Below are positions 8,432-17,925 of a stretch of DNA of 64,000 nucleotides, piece after piece. Below the pieces are notes generated by a model that worked only from the letters and a program-made list of their open reading frames with translations, did not search any database and was not told the origin of the DNA. The DNA is taken from the NCBI GenBank assembly GCA_965223545.1, contig OZ245006.1, forward strand, positions 7,424,001 through 7,488,000, in the 5' to 3' direction. The position numbers were made by a program, and so were the translations under genes. The stretch comes from Planctomycetota bacterium. Its GTDB lineage: Bacteria; Planctomycetota; UBA1135; UBA2386. Position 1 is the stretch's first letter, and the number at the start of each line of letters is the position of its first letter.

Positions 8432-10690
8432 ATGCGGCTGCTCATGACCACGCGCCTCGCTCTCGTCATCGGTGCGGCCACCGCCGCAATCACCGTTTCC
8501 GGTTCGGCCCTCGCGCAGGATTGGCTGCGCTGGCGCGGTCCCGACCAGGCTGGCACCAGCCACGAAACCGAGCTGCCCGCGGCGCTGGCGCTGGACGGCG
8601 ACGGGGCGTGGAGCCTGGCCGTGCGCGGGCGGGGCACTCCGGTGGTGCACGGCGACCGCCTGTTCGCGATGGGCTACCGCGGCGAGGGGTTCGACGCGCA
8701 CGAGCTGTTGATGTGCGTCGACGTGGCGAGCGGCGCGATCGTCTGGGAGCACGACCTCACCGACTTTCTCAGCGACGTGGTCTACACCCGGTACGCGATC
8801 GGCAGCCCGACGGTCGATCCCGAGACCGGGCTGGTCTACTGCCTGTCCACGCCGGGCCTGCTGAGCTGCTTCACGCCGGATGGTGCGCTGCGTTGGCAGC
8901 ACTCGATGATGGAGGAGTACGGCCGCTGGACCTTTCCCAACGGCCGCACCGGGGCACCGCTGATCGAGGGGGATCTCGTGGTCGTCCACGTGGCGACCAG
9001 CAACTGGGGGCCGATGGGGCCGACGCGGGATCGGTTCTACGCCTTCGACAAGGCCGACGGCACCTCGGTGTGGAGCTGTACCCCGGGCGGACCGCCGAAG
9101 GATGGGTCGTTTTCGTTTCCGGTAGTGGCCGACGTCGAGGGCCGGCGGGTGCTGTACGCCGGCCTGGCGGGCGGGCATCTGGTGTGCGTCGATGTGCGCA
9201 CCGGCCAACCTCTGTGGCGCTTTCAGATGTCGATCGGCGGCATGTCCTCGAGCCCGCTGCTGTTCGGCGACACGGTGATCGCGATCCACGGCAAGGAGAA
9301 CGTCGACGACTCGACGATCGGGCGGATGGTGGCGCTGCGCCGCGGCGGCCTGCCGGCGCCCGGCGAGCCGGCGCAGGTGCGGGGCCTCGAGGCGGAGGTC
9401 TGGCGCAACGATCTGGTCGCGTTCACCAGCTCGCCGGTGCTGATCGGCGAACGGGTCTACGTCACGGTGGCCACCGGCGAGCTGTGCTGCGTCGACGCAA
9501 CGGACGGCACGGTGTTGTGGCAGGAGAAGCTGGCGCCCGACCAGATCCACGCCTCGCCGGTGTGGGCGGACGGCAAGCTCTACGTGCCGATGACCAACGG
9601 CTCGTTGCACGTCGTGCGGCCGAGCGATGGTGGTCCCGAGGTGCTGCAGAGTCTGCAGCTCGAGGGCAGCTGTCTGGGGGCGCCGGCGATCGCCGGTGGT
9701 CGGGTGTTCGTGCACACGACCGAGAAGCTGTACTGCCTGACCGGTGAGCCCGCGCCCGGTGCCGCCGGGCACGCGGCGGGGTGGCCGCCGACGCCACTGC
9801 AGCCGCAGGCTGGCGAGCCGGCGCAGCTACAGGTGCGCCCCGCCGATCTCGTCGTCGAGCAGGGCGAGTCGTTCGCGGTGCGCGTCGATCTGCTCGATGC
9901 CGCCGGCCGGCCCGTGCAGCGCGGCGTCGATGGAGTTGAGCTGCGCACCGAGGTCGAAGGAGTGCAGATGACGAGCGGCGGTGGCGCGGGCCGGATCGAG
10001 GTCGCCGCCGACGCGCCGCCGGCGGCGCGCGTACTGACCTTCGCGGCGGCCGAGCGCGAGGCCGGCATGCGCCTGCGCGTCGTGCCGCGGCTGCCGTTCG
10101 CCGACGACTTCGAGGACGCCGCGTTGCAGGCCGACGCCGCCGGCGTCCGTCGCGGCCCGGCGCGCCCGTGGTGGGTGGTGGCGGGGCCGCGCTGGGAGAT
10201 CGTCGAGTTCGAGGGCAATCAAGTGCTTGGCCGCACCCTGGTCAACCCGCTGTTCCAGCGCACCTGGAGCATGATCGGCCACCCGCGGCAGTCGAACTAC
10301 ACCGCCGCGATCGACGTCTACCTCGACGGCAACCGCCGCACGCTGGCCAGCGGCGGGCTGATCAACCAGCGCTACTTGTTCGCGCTGATGGGCAACTACC
10401 AGGAGCTGTGGGTGACCTCCAACGAGGAGTCGCTGCGCCAGGTGGTGCCGATCGAGCTCAAGGCCAAGACGTGGTACCGGCTCGTGACTCGGGTCGATCT
10501 CGACGCGGACGGTGGCGCCATGCTGCGCGCCAAGGCTTGGCCCCGCGACGGCGAAGAGCCATCGGCGTGGACCTTGGAGGTGCCGCACGCCGTCGCCCAC
10601 CGGCACGGCTCGCCCGGCCTGTACGGCTTCACTCCGCAGAACCGATTCACTTGCTACTTCGACAACCTGACCGTGACCCCCAATGAGTGA
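8432..10690 (+). CDS. PQQ-binding-like beta-propeller protein with C-terminal beta-sandwich domains
   Basis: Signal peptide, DWLRWRGP, repeated SSPxxxG..LxCxDxxTG..W blades, extra ~310 aa C-terminal region. Start at 8432 or 8444; TATACT at ~8411. Confidence 0.85.
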   Translation: MRLLMTTRLALVIGAATAAITVSGSALAQDWLRWRGPDQAGTSHETELPAALALDGDGAWSLAVRGRGTPVVHGDRLFAMGYRGEGFDAHELLMCVDVASGAIVWEHDLTDFLSDVVYTRYAIGSPTVDPETGLVYCLSTPGLLSCFTPDGALRWQHSMMEEYGRWTFPNGRTGAPLIEGDLVVVHVATSNWGPMGPTRDRFYAFDKADGTSVWSCTPGGPPKDGSFSFPVVADVEGRRVLYAGLAGGHLVCVDVRTGQPLWRFQMSIGGMSSSPLLFGDTVIAIHGKENVDDSTIGRMVALRRGGLPAPGEPAQVRGLEAEVWRNDLVAFTSSPVLIGERVYVTVATGELCCVDATDGTVLWQEKLAPDQIHASPVWADGKLYVPMTNGSLHVVRPSDGGPEVLQSLQLEGSCLGAPAIAGGRVFVHTTEKLYCLTGEPAPGAAGHAAGWPPTPLQPQAGEPAQLQVRPADLVVEQGESFAVRVDLLDAAGRPVQRGVDGVELRTEVEGVQMTSGGGAGRIEVAADAPPAARVLTFAAAEREAGMRLRVVPRLPFADDFEDAALQADAAGVRRGPARPWWVVAGPRWEIVEFEGNQVLGRTLVNPLFQRTWSMIGHPRQSNYTAAIDVYLDGNRRTLASGGLINQRYLFALMGNYQELWVTSNEESLRQVVPIELKAKTWYRLVTRVDLDADGGAMLRAKAWPRDGEEPSAWTLEVPHAVAHRHGSPGLYGFTPQNRFTCYFDNLTVTPNE

Positions 10691-12227
10691 ACTCACCCTT
10701 TCCGGCGCGTTGGCCGCCCTCGTGTGCAGTGCAGTTCTTGCCGTGACGCCGACGGTCGCGGCGCAGAGCGATTGGCCGGCGTGGGGGCGCGACGCGTCGC
10801 GCAACATGGTCGCCGACGTCGAGGGATTGCCGCACACCTTCGAGGCCGGCAAGTTCATCGGCGACAGCGAAGACATCGACATGGCGACCACGCGCAACAT
10901 CAAGTGGATCGCCAAGCTGGGCTCGCAGAGCTACGGCAACCCGACCGTGGCCGGCGGCCGGGTGTTCGTCGGCACCAACAACGACGTGCCGCGCGATCCG
11001 CGCTTCGTCGGGGACCGCAGCTGCGTCTACTGCTTCGACGAGGAAACCGGCGAGTTCCTGTGGCAGCTCAACGTGCCCAAGCTCGGCACCGGCAAGGTCA
11101 GCGACTGGGAGTTCTTGGGCATCTGCTCGTCGCCGGCAGTCGAGGGGGATCGCGTCTATTTGGTGACCAACCGGTGCGAGGTGATGTGTCTCGACGTGAA
11201 CGGGATGGCCGACGGCAACGACGGCCCGTTCAAAGGCGAGGGCCAGTACATGGCCGGCCCGGGCGCGGAACCCATGGAGGTCACCGCCACCGATGCCGAC
11301 ATCATCTGGGCGACCAACATGATCGACGAGTGCGGTGTGTTTCCGCACAACATCACCAGCTGCTCGGTGATGGTGGTCGGTGACCAGGTGTGGACCGCGA
11401 CCTCCAACGGCGTGGACTACGGTCACGTGACGACGCCGGCGCCGAACGCGCCGTGCTTGATCGTGGTCGACAAGAACACCGGTGCGCTGCTCGGCGAGGA
11501 GTCTTCGGGTCTGAGCCGGCGCATCTTCCACAGCAACTGGTCGTCGCCGGCGTTCTTGGAGACCGAGGACACCCGGCTGGTGATCTTTGGTGGACCGGAT
11601 GGCGTGGTCTACGCGTTCAAGCCCGAGCCGGTGCCCGAGGACGACTTCAACGTGCTGGAGCTGGCCTGGCAGTTCGACGCCAATCCACCCGAGTACCGGA
11701 TGCGCGATGGTGAGCCCATCAAGTACGCGACCCGCAAGGGGCCCAGCGAAGTGCTGGCCACGCCGGTGGTCCACGAGGGCAGGGTCTACGCCTTGATCGG
11801 TCAGGACCCCGAGCACGGCGAGGGGGTGGGCAACATGGTTTGTCTGGACGCGGCGGGCAACGAGGTGTGGTCGTATCGCAAGATCCACCGCTCGCTGTCG
11901 ACGCTGTCGGTGCACGATGGCCTGGTGTTCGCCGCGGACTACTCGGGCTTCCTGTACTGTTTGGACGCCGACACCGGTGAGGAGAAGTGGGTGCACGACA
12001 CCGCCGCGCACATCTGGGGATCCACGCTGGTCGCCGACGGCCGCGTGTTCGTCGGCACCGAGGACGGGTTCCTGGTCGCGCTGCCGGCGACTGCCGAGTA
12101 CGACGAAGGCAAGGTGCAGGAGTTCGACTTCAGCGCGGCGCAGATCTACAGCTCCCCGATCGCCGCCAACGGCGTGCTCTACCTCGCCACCCACACCCAC
12201 CTCTACGCCATCGCCGAGGTCGAGTAG
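10683..12227 (+). CDS. PQQ-binding-like beta-propeller protein
   Basis: Signal peptide, DWPAWGRD, LGSQSYGNPTVAGGRVFVGTNN, YSSPIAANGVLY; overlaps the upstream stop. Confidence 0.88.
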   Translation: MSELTLSGALAALVCSAVLAVTPTVAAQSDWPAWGRDASRNMVADVEGLPHTFEAGKFIGDSEDIDMATTRNIKWIAKLGSQSYGNPTVAGGRVFVGTNNDVPRDPRFVGDRSCVYCFDEETGEFLWQLNVPKLGTGKVSDWEFLGICSSPAVEGDRVYLVTNRCEVMCLDVNGMADGNDGPFKGEGQYMAGPGAEPMEVTATDADIIWATNMIDECGVFPHNITSCSVMVVGDQVWTATSNGVDYGHVTTPAPNAPCLIVVDKNTGALLGEESSGLSRRIFHSNWSSPAFLETEDTRLVIFGGPDGVVYAFKPEPVPEDDFNVLELAWQFDANPPEYRMRDGEPIKYATRKGPSEVLATPVVHEGRVYALIGQDPEHGEGVGNMVCLDAAGNEVWSYRKIHRSLSTLSVHDGLVFAADYSGFLYCLDADTGEEKWVHDTAAHIWGSTLVADGRVFVGTEDGFLVALPATAEYDEGKVQEFDFSAAQIYSSPIAANGVLYLATHTHLYAIAEVE

Positions 12228-12230
12228 TCC

Positions 12231-12539
12231 TTGGCGCCCGACGGAGCGGACCGGGTGGCGCGCGCGCCGCTGAGCGGCAAGGGGCGACTCGCGTGGGGGC
12301 TGGTCGTGTTGCTGGCGATCGTGCACTACGACTTTTGGTACTGGGGTGACGAGACGGCCGTGTTCGGCTTCATTCCGATCGGACTGTTCTTCCACGCGCT
12401 GATCTCGCTCGCGGCCGGCTGCGTCTGGGCGATGGTGGTCGCGTGGGCCTGGCCGTCGTGGATCGAGGCCTGGGCCGCCGGTGACGTCGGCAGCGCTGCG
12501 GACGGCGACCCCGCGGGCGACCCGCGGGGCGGGGAGTAG
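12231..12539 (+). CDS. DUF3311-like small membrane protein (symporter partner)
   Basis: Two TM helices with HYDFWYW...VFGFIPIGL, directly upstream of an SSS transporter. Start uncertain. Confidence 0.75.
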   Translation: MAPDGADRVARAPLSGKGRLAWGLVVLLAIVHYDFWYWGDETAVFGFIPIGLFFHALISLAAGCVWAMVVAWAWPSWIEAWAAGDVGSAADGDPAGDPRGGE

Positions 12540-12542
12540 CGC

Positions 12543-14126
12543 ATGCTGGCCGCTGCCGACCTGTCGGCGCTCTACGTGATCGCGGGCTACGTCAGCCTGC
12601 TGCTGCTGTTCGCGGTGGCGACGCAGGTGCGGGCGCGGCGGAGCAGCGCGGATTACTTCGTCGCCGGGCGATCGATCGGGCCGTTCCTGCTGCTGATGAG
12701 CGTGTTCGGCACCACGATGACCGCGTTCGCGCTGGTGGGGTCCACCGGCAAGGCGTTCGAGAGCGGCATCGGCGTCTACGGCTTGATGGCGTCGACCTCG
12801 GGCATCGTGCACTCGCTGGTGTTCTTCGCCGTCGGCATTCGGCTGTGGGCGATCGGCAAGCGCTACGGCTACGTCACCCAGATCCAGTTCTTTCGCGCGC
12901 GGTTCGCCAGCGACGGCCTGGGGACGCTGTTGTTCCCGATCCTGGTCGCGCTGGTGATCCCGTACCTGCTGATCGGGCTGCTCGGCGCGGGCTCGGTGCT
13001 GCGCGGAATCACCGTCGGCATGTTCCCCGACACGTTTGCCGGGGTCACGCTGCCCAGCGGCGAGACGCGGTTCGCGGGCGCGGTGCCGCCGTGGCTGACC
13101 GGCTTGCTCGTCTGTCTGGTGGTGCTGTCCTACATCATCACCGGCGGCGTGCGCGCCGCGGCGATGGCCAACGCCTGCCAGACCTGCGTGTTCATGGCGG
13201 TCGGCGTGCTCGCCTTCGTCTTGATCTCCGACTCGCTCGGCGGCGTGGTCGCCGCCACCGAGAAGGTGCGGGAAGTCGCGCCGGAGCTGCTGACGCGCAC
13301 CGAAACCATCGGCCATCTCCAGTTCTTGAGCTACGCGTTCGTGCCGCTGTCGGTCGGCATGTTTCCGCACCTGTTCCAGCATTGGTTGACGGCGCGCAGC
13401 GCGAAGACGTTCCGCACCACGGTGATCGCGCATCCGATCTTCATCGCCATCGTCTGGGTGCCCTGCGTGCTGATCGGGATCTGGGCGGCGGGCGCCGGCA
13501 TCCAAGCGCCGGGCGGCAACTCCAACGCGGTGCTGGCGGCGATGGTGTCGCGCCAGCTGCACAACGAGTGGATCACCGGTCTGCTGACCGCGGGTATCCT
13601 GGCGGCGATCATGTCGTCGCTGGACTCGCAGTTCGTCTGTCTGGGCACGATCTTCACGCACGACATCGTCGTGCACCACGCCGGCGAGGAGCGCTTCAGC
13701 GACCGGCAGAAGGTGCTGCTGGGCCGTATGTTCATCTTCGGCATCGTCGCCGTCACCTACGTGCTGTCGCTGTTCCCGCCGCCGAGCATCTTCGATCTGG
13801 CGGTCTGGTGCTTCAGCGGCTTCGCCAGCCTGTTCCCGCTGGTGTTTGCCGCGATCTACTGGCGACGGGCGACGCGCGCCGGCGCCATCGCCTCGGTGTT
13901 GGCGGCGGCGGGGACGTGGCTGTGGTTGTTCTACGACGGCTTGGTGGTGCCGACCATGGCCGGTGAGCGCTTGGAGGGGGACTACCTCGTGATGGGCATG
14001 ATGCCGGTCGCGGTGATGTTCGCGGCCTCGGCCAGTGCGCTGGTCGTCGTCAGTCTGCTCACCACGCCGCCGCCGCCGTCGGTGGTGGAGCGCTTCTTCG
14101 ACCTGCCCGAGCGCAAGGAGGCGTGA
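12543..14126 (+). CDS. Sodium:solute symporter family protein
   Basis: DYFVAGRSIGP, many TM helices, GILAAIMSSLDSQ, YWRRATRAGA. Confidence 0.92.
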   Translation: MLAAADLSALYVIAGYVSLLLLFAVATQVRARRSSADYFVAGRSIGPFLLLMSVFGTTMTAFALVGSTGKAFESGIGVYGLMASTSGIVHSLVFFAVGIRLWAIGKRYGYVTQIQFFRARFASDGLGTLLFPILVALVIPYLLIGLLGAGSVLRGITVGMFPDTFAGVTLPSGETRFAGAVPPWLTGLLVCLVVLSYIITGGVRAAAMANACQTCVFMAVGVLAFVLISDSLGGVVAATEKVREVAPELLTRTETIGHLQFLSYAFVPLSVGMFPHLFQHWLTARSAKTFRTTVIAHPIFIAIVWVPCVLIGIWAAGAGIQAPGGNSNAVLAAMVSRQLHNEWITGLLTAGILAAIMSSLDSQFVCLGTIFTHDIVVHHAGEERFSDRQKVLLGRMFIFGIVAVTYVLSLFPPPSIFDLAVWCFSGFASLFPLVFAAIYWRRATRAGAIASVLAAAGTWLWLFYDGLVVPTMAGERLEGDYLVMGMMPVAVMFAASASALVVVSLLTTPPPPSVVERFFDLPERKEA

Positions 14127-15202
14127 TGAGTGCGGTTTCCGACACGGCGGTCAGCGAGGCGCGCGAGGCCCTGGACGCGCATCTGCGCGAGATCGTGCAG
14201 TGGCACTTCTCGCTCGAGACCGGCACGCCGTACTGGCTCGACTGGGCGCGGCAGCACGGCTTCGACCCTGGCGCGATCAGCGGCGTGCAGGATCTGACGC
14301 TGCTGCCGCACTTCGACGGCGAGCTGCTGCGCACCGAGCCGCACGAGCGCTTCGTGCCAAGCGCCTACGCCGGCTGGCCGTTCACCATCTTCGAGACCGG
14401 CGGCACCACCGGCCTGCCAAAGCAGCGCATCGGCTGGGAGGACTACAAGCACGACTACGAGCAGTTCTCCGCCACCCTCGACGACCGCCACTTTCCGCAC
14501 GGCGGCTACTGGTTGATGATCGGCCCGACCGGCCCGCGACGGCTGCGGCTGGCGATCGAGCACCTGGCCAACTTCCGCGGGTCGTCGTGCTACTTCGTCG
14601 ATCTCGATCCGCGTTGGGTCAAGAAGCTGATCGCCAACCGCGAGTTCGGTCAGGCCAAGGCCTACATGGCGCACGTCATCGACCAAGCGGTTGCGATCCT
14701 GCGCAAGCGCTCGGTTTCAGTGCTCTTCACCACACCGAAGTTGCTCGAGGAGCTCGGTGAGCGCCTGTCGATTCCCGACGCGGGCGTCGTCGGCGTGTTC
14801 TGCGGCGGCACGACGATGACGCCACAGACGACGCGCTTTCTGATCGAAGAGGTGCTCGAGAACCGCGTCGGCTTCGTGCCCACCTACGGCAACACGTTGA
14901 TGGGCCTGGCCGCGCACAAGAAGTCGCTGGTCGAGGACCGCTACTCGATCACCTACTACGCGCCGCAACCCCGCGCGATACTGCGCGTCGTCGACCCCGA
15001 CAACACCGACCGCGAGGTCGACTACGACCAGTGGGGGCGCGTCGAGCTGACGACGCTGACCCACGAGCTGTTCCTGCCGCGGTTCTTGGAGCGGGACGAG
15101 GCCCTGCGCCGCCGGCCGTGCGCGGATTACCCCTGGGACGGGGTCGGCGAAGTGCGACCGTTCGCCTCGCAGGCCGAGGCGATCGTCGAGGGGGTCTATT
15201 GA
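14123..15202 (+). CDS. EhpF/GriC-like short ANL-superfamily adenylating enzyme
   Basis: WHFSLETGTPYWL, ETGGTTGLPK (AMP-binding loop), DLDPRWVKK, YGNT, ERD and C-terminal EGVY match my recollection of the EhpF family. Confidence 0.8.
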   Translation: MMSAVSDTAVSEAREALDAHLREIVQWHFSLETGTPYWLDWARQHGFDPGAISGVQDLTLLPHFDGELLRTEPHERFVPSAYAGWPFTIFETGGTTGLPKQRIGWEDYKHDYEQFSATLDDRHFPHGGYWLMIGPTGPRRLRLAIEHLANFRGSSCYFVDLDPRWVKKLIANREFGQAKAYMAHVIDQAVAILRKRSVSVLFTTPKLLEELGERLSIPDAGVVGVFCGGTTMTPQTTRFLIEEVLENRVGFVPTYGNTLMGLAAHKKSLVEDRYSITYYAPQPRAILRVVDPDNTDREVDYDQWGRVELTTLTHELFLPRFLERDEALRRRPCADYPWDGVGEVRPFASQAEAIVEGVY

Positions 15203-15272
15203 GCGTCGTTGTTCGAGAACTCGAGGTCGGCCAAGAGGCCGACCTTCGCGTCCTTCGTGCTGGCATGTTTCC

Positions 15273-16754
15273 ATGTCCGAGACCCCGCCCAGCGTCGTCG
15301 AGGGGTGTCCGGTGAGCGGCGTGCTGCACATTCCGATTCTGCGCGCCGGCGTGGAGTACGAGAGTCTGGAGCAGGTCGAGGTCAAGAGCCACCGCGACGG
15401 CCGGGTGATGGCGCGCGTGAGTCAGGCCAACGCCGGGATGGTGCGGCGCGATCTGCGCAGCTGCGAGGAGCGCACGGCTCCGCTGCGCGCGATGCCGATG
15501 GCGCAGCTGCTGTCGATCTGCAAGGCCGCCGGTGAGCTGTTCTTGCGCGGCTCGTTGCCGCTCAGCGACGACGGGCCGGCGCTCTCGGCCGACGAGTTCG
15601 TAGCACTGCTGAGCCACACCAGCGGGCTGCCGCACAGCCTGTGCCGGCGCAACATGCAGAAGGTGTTCTCGGTGTTCGACGAGATGCCGACGATTCTGCG
15701 CGGCTTGACGCGCGGCATGGATCCGGGCGTGATCGACGCCGCCGAGGGTGAGCACTTGGGCATCCCGCTGTGCTACGGCAGCACCACGCCGGTGCTCGGG
15801 GTCGTGCTGCCGAGCAACTCCCCCGGCGTCAACTCGATCTGGATTCCGGCGCTGGCGCTGAAGACGGCGGTGGTGCTCAAGCCGGGCCGCGACGAGCCGT
15901 GGACGCCGGCGCGCATCGCGCGCGCGTTCTTCGCCGCCGGCCTGCCGCGCTGTGCGTTCAGCGTGTATCCCACCGACCACGAGGGCTCGGCGGCGATCCT
16001 CGATCGCTGTGGCCGGTCGCTGTTGTTCGGCGACGAGTCTGTGACCAAGATCTACGCCGGCGATCCCCGCGTGCAGATCCACGGACCGGGCCGCAGCAAG
16101 GTGTTGATCGGCGATGACGCCATCGAGGACTGGCCGGCGCTGCTCGATGTGCTCGTGGCGTCGGTGGCCGACAACGGCGGACGCAGCTGCATCAACGCCT
16201 CGTCCATCTTCGTGCCGCGGCACGGCGACGCGGTGGCGGCCGCGCTCGCCGAGCGTTTGGCGGGAATCGAGCCGCGCCCCGCCGACGACCCCGAGGCCCG
16301 GCTGTCGGCGTTCGCCAAGCCTGCCGTGTGCGCGGCGATCGACGGCGCCATCGAGCGGGGCCTGGCGGCGGGCGGTGCCGAAGACGTCACCCAGCGGGTG
16401 CGCGGCACACCGCGCGCGTGCGCGATCGGCGACAGCCATTTCCTGCGGCCGACCGTGGTGCGCTGCGCCGGTCTCGACCACCCGCTGGCGCGCACCGAGT
16501 ACCTGTTCCCGTTCTGCAGTGTCGTCGAGGTGCCGGCGGATCGTATGGCGGAGCGGATCGGGCCGAGCCTGGTGGTGACCGCGATCACCCGCGACCGGGC
16601 GCTGATCGATCAGCTGGTGCGCTCGCCGCACGTCGACCGGCTCAATCTCGGGCCGGTGCCCACCTCGGTCGTCGAGTGGGATCAACCGCACGAGGGCAAT
16701 CTGTTCGAGCTGTTGTACGAACGACGCGCGTTCCAGCGTGCCGAGGGGTGGTGA
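15273..16754 (+). CDS. Aldehyde-dehydrogenase-fold protein (GriD/EhpG-like reductase subunit)
   Basis: LPSNSPG, VLKPG, HGPGRSK, GRSCINAS (catalytic Cys), EYLFPF, QPHEGNL. Confidence 0.82.
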   Translation: MSETPPSVVEGCPVSGVLHIPILRAGVEYESLEQVEVKSHRDGRVMARVSQANAGMVRRDLRSCEERTAPLRAMPMAQLLSICKAAGELFLRGSLPLSDDGPALSADEFVALLSHTSGLPHSLCRRNMQKVFSVFDEMPTILRGLTRGMDPGVIDAAEGEHLGIPLCYGSTTPVLGVVLPSNSPGVNSIWIPALALKTAVVLKPGRDEPWTPARIARAFFAAGLPRCAFSVYPTDHEGSAAILDRCGRSLLFGDESVTKIYAGDPRVQIHGPGRSKVLIGDDAIEDWPALLDVLVASVADNGGRSCINASSIFVPRHGDAVAAALAERLAGIEPRPADDPEARLSAFAKPAVCAAIDGAIERGLAAGGAEDVTQRVRGTPRACAIGDSHFLRPTVVRCAGLDHPLARTEYLFPFCSVVEVPADRMAERIGPSLVVTAITRDRALIDQLVRSPHVDRLNLGPVPTSVVEWDQPHEGNLFELLYERRAFQRAEGW

Positions 16755-17908
16755 CCGACGGCACCGGTGCCCCGCAGCGCGCGTTCGAGTGCAGCGTGCG
16801 CACGCGCATCGTGTTCGGCGCCGGCGTCGCCGGTTCGACGGGAGCGCTGGCGGCGGAGTGCGGCGGCCGCCGTGCACTGCTGGTGACCGATGCGGGCGTC
16901 GTCGGTGCCGGCCACGCCGCGCGAGTGGCCGATGCGCTGGTCGCCGCGGGGCTCGAGGTGCGCCAGTTCGACGCGGTGCGCGAGAACCCCTCCACGGTGG
17001 ATGCGGAGGCGTGTGCCGAGGCGATGCGCGCCGCACCCGTCGACATCGTCGTCGCGGTGGGCGGCGGCAGCGCGATCGACGCGGCCAAGGCCGGTGCCCT
17101 GCTCGCCGCCGGCGGGGGCACGGTGGAGGACTACTGGGGGGTCGGCAAGGCGCGGGGAACCGTCGCGCCGCTGATCGCGGTGCCGACCACCGCGGGCACC
17201 GGCAGCGAGGTGCAGTCCTTCGCTCTGATCAGCCAACCCGACACCCACCAAAAGATGGCGTGCGGCGATCCGCAGCTGGCGCCGCGGGTGGCGGTGCTCG
17301 ATCCACGGCTCACCTGCAGCATGCCGGCCAGCGTGACCGCCTGCACCGGCATGGACGCGATCGGGCACGCGGTCGAGACCGCGGTGACCGCGCGGCGCAA
17401 CCCCGCCTCCGCGCTGTTCGCGCGGGGTGCATTCGAGCTGCTCAACGAGGGCCTGCCGCGCGCGCTGACCGATCCCGACGACCTCGACGCCCGCGGCGCG
17501 ATGCTGCTCGGTGCGACCTGGGCGGGCCTCGCGATCGAGCACAGCATGCTCGGCGCGGCGCACGCGTTGGCCAATCCGCTGACCGCGCACCACGGCCTGA
17601 CCCACGGCCAGGCGGTGGGGACGGTGTTGCCGGCGGTGGTCCGCCACAACGCGCGCGAGCCGCAGGTCGCGGCGCTCTACGCCGCGCTGGCCGCGCGCGG
17701 CGGCTTGCCGGCGAGCGCCGCGGCGCTCGCCGACCGCCTCGACGCGTTGATCGCGCTGGTCGGCTGGCCGGCTTCGCTCCGCGCACACGGCGTCGTGCCG
17801 AGCACCGCCCTCGCCGCCGAGGCCGCGCGGCAGTGGACCGCACAGTTCAATCCGATCCCGGTGGCGCAAGAGGATCTGCTGGCGATGCTGCGGGCCAGCT
17901 GCGGCTGA
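16751..17908 (+). CDS. Iron-containing alcohol dehydrogenase
   Basis: GGGSAIDAAK, PTTAGTGSE, DAIGHAVE, AAHALANPL...HG; GTG start overlaps the upstream stop. Confidence 0.93.
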   Translation: MTDGTGAPQRAFECSVRTRIVFGAGVAGSTGALAAECGGRRALLVTDAGVVGAGHAARVADALVAAGLEVRQFDAVRENPSTVDAEACAEAMRAAPVDIVVAVGGGSAIDAAKAGALLAAGGGTVEDYWGVGKARGTVAPLIAVPTTAGTGSEVQSFALISQPDTHQKMACGDPQLAPRVAVLDPRLTCSMPASVTACTGMDAIGHAVETAVTARRNPASALFARGAFELLNEGLPRALTDPDDLDARGAMLLGATWAGLAIEHSMLGAAHALANPLTAHHGLTHGQAVGTVLPAVVRHNAREPQVAALYAALAARGGLPASAAALADRLDALIALVGWPASLRAHGVVPSTALAAEAARQWTAQFNPIPVAQEDLLAMLRASCG

Positions 17909-17925
17909 GCTGCGGCCGCCGAGAA

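Noticed and set aside
14123..16754. Phenazine or lux bioluminescence gene cluster
   Set aside because: Only the EhpF/ALDH-like pair is present; there are no phzA-G or luxAB homologues in the window.
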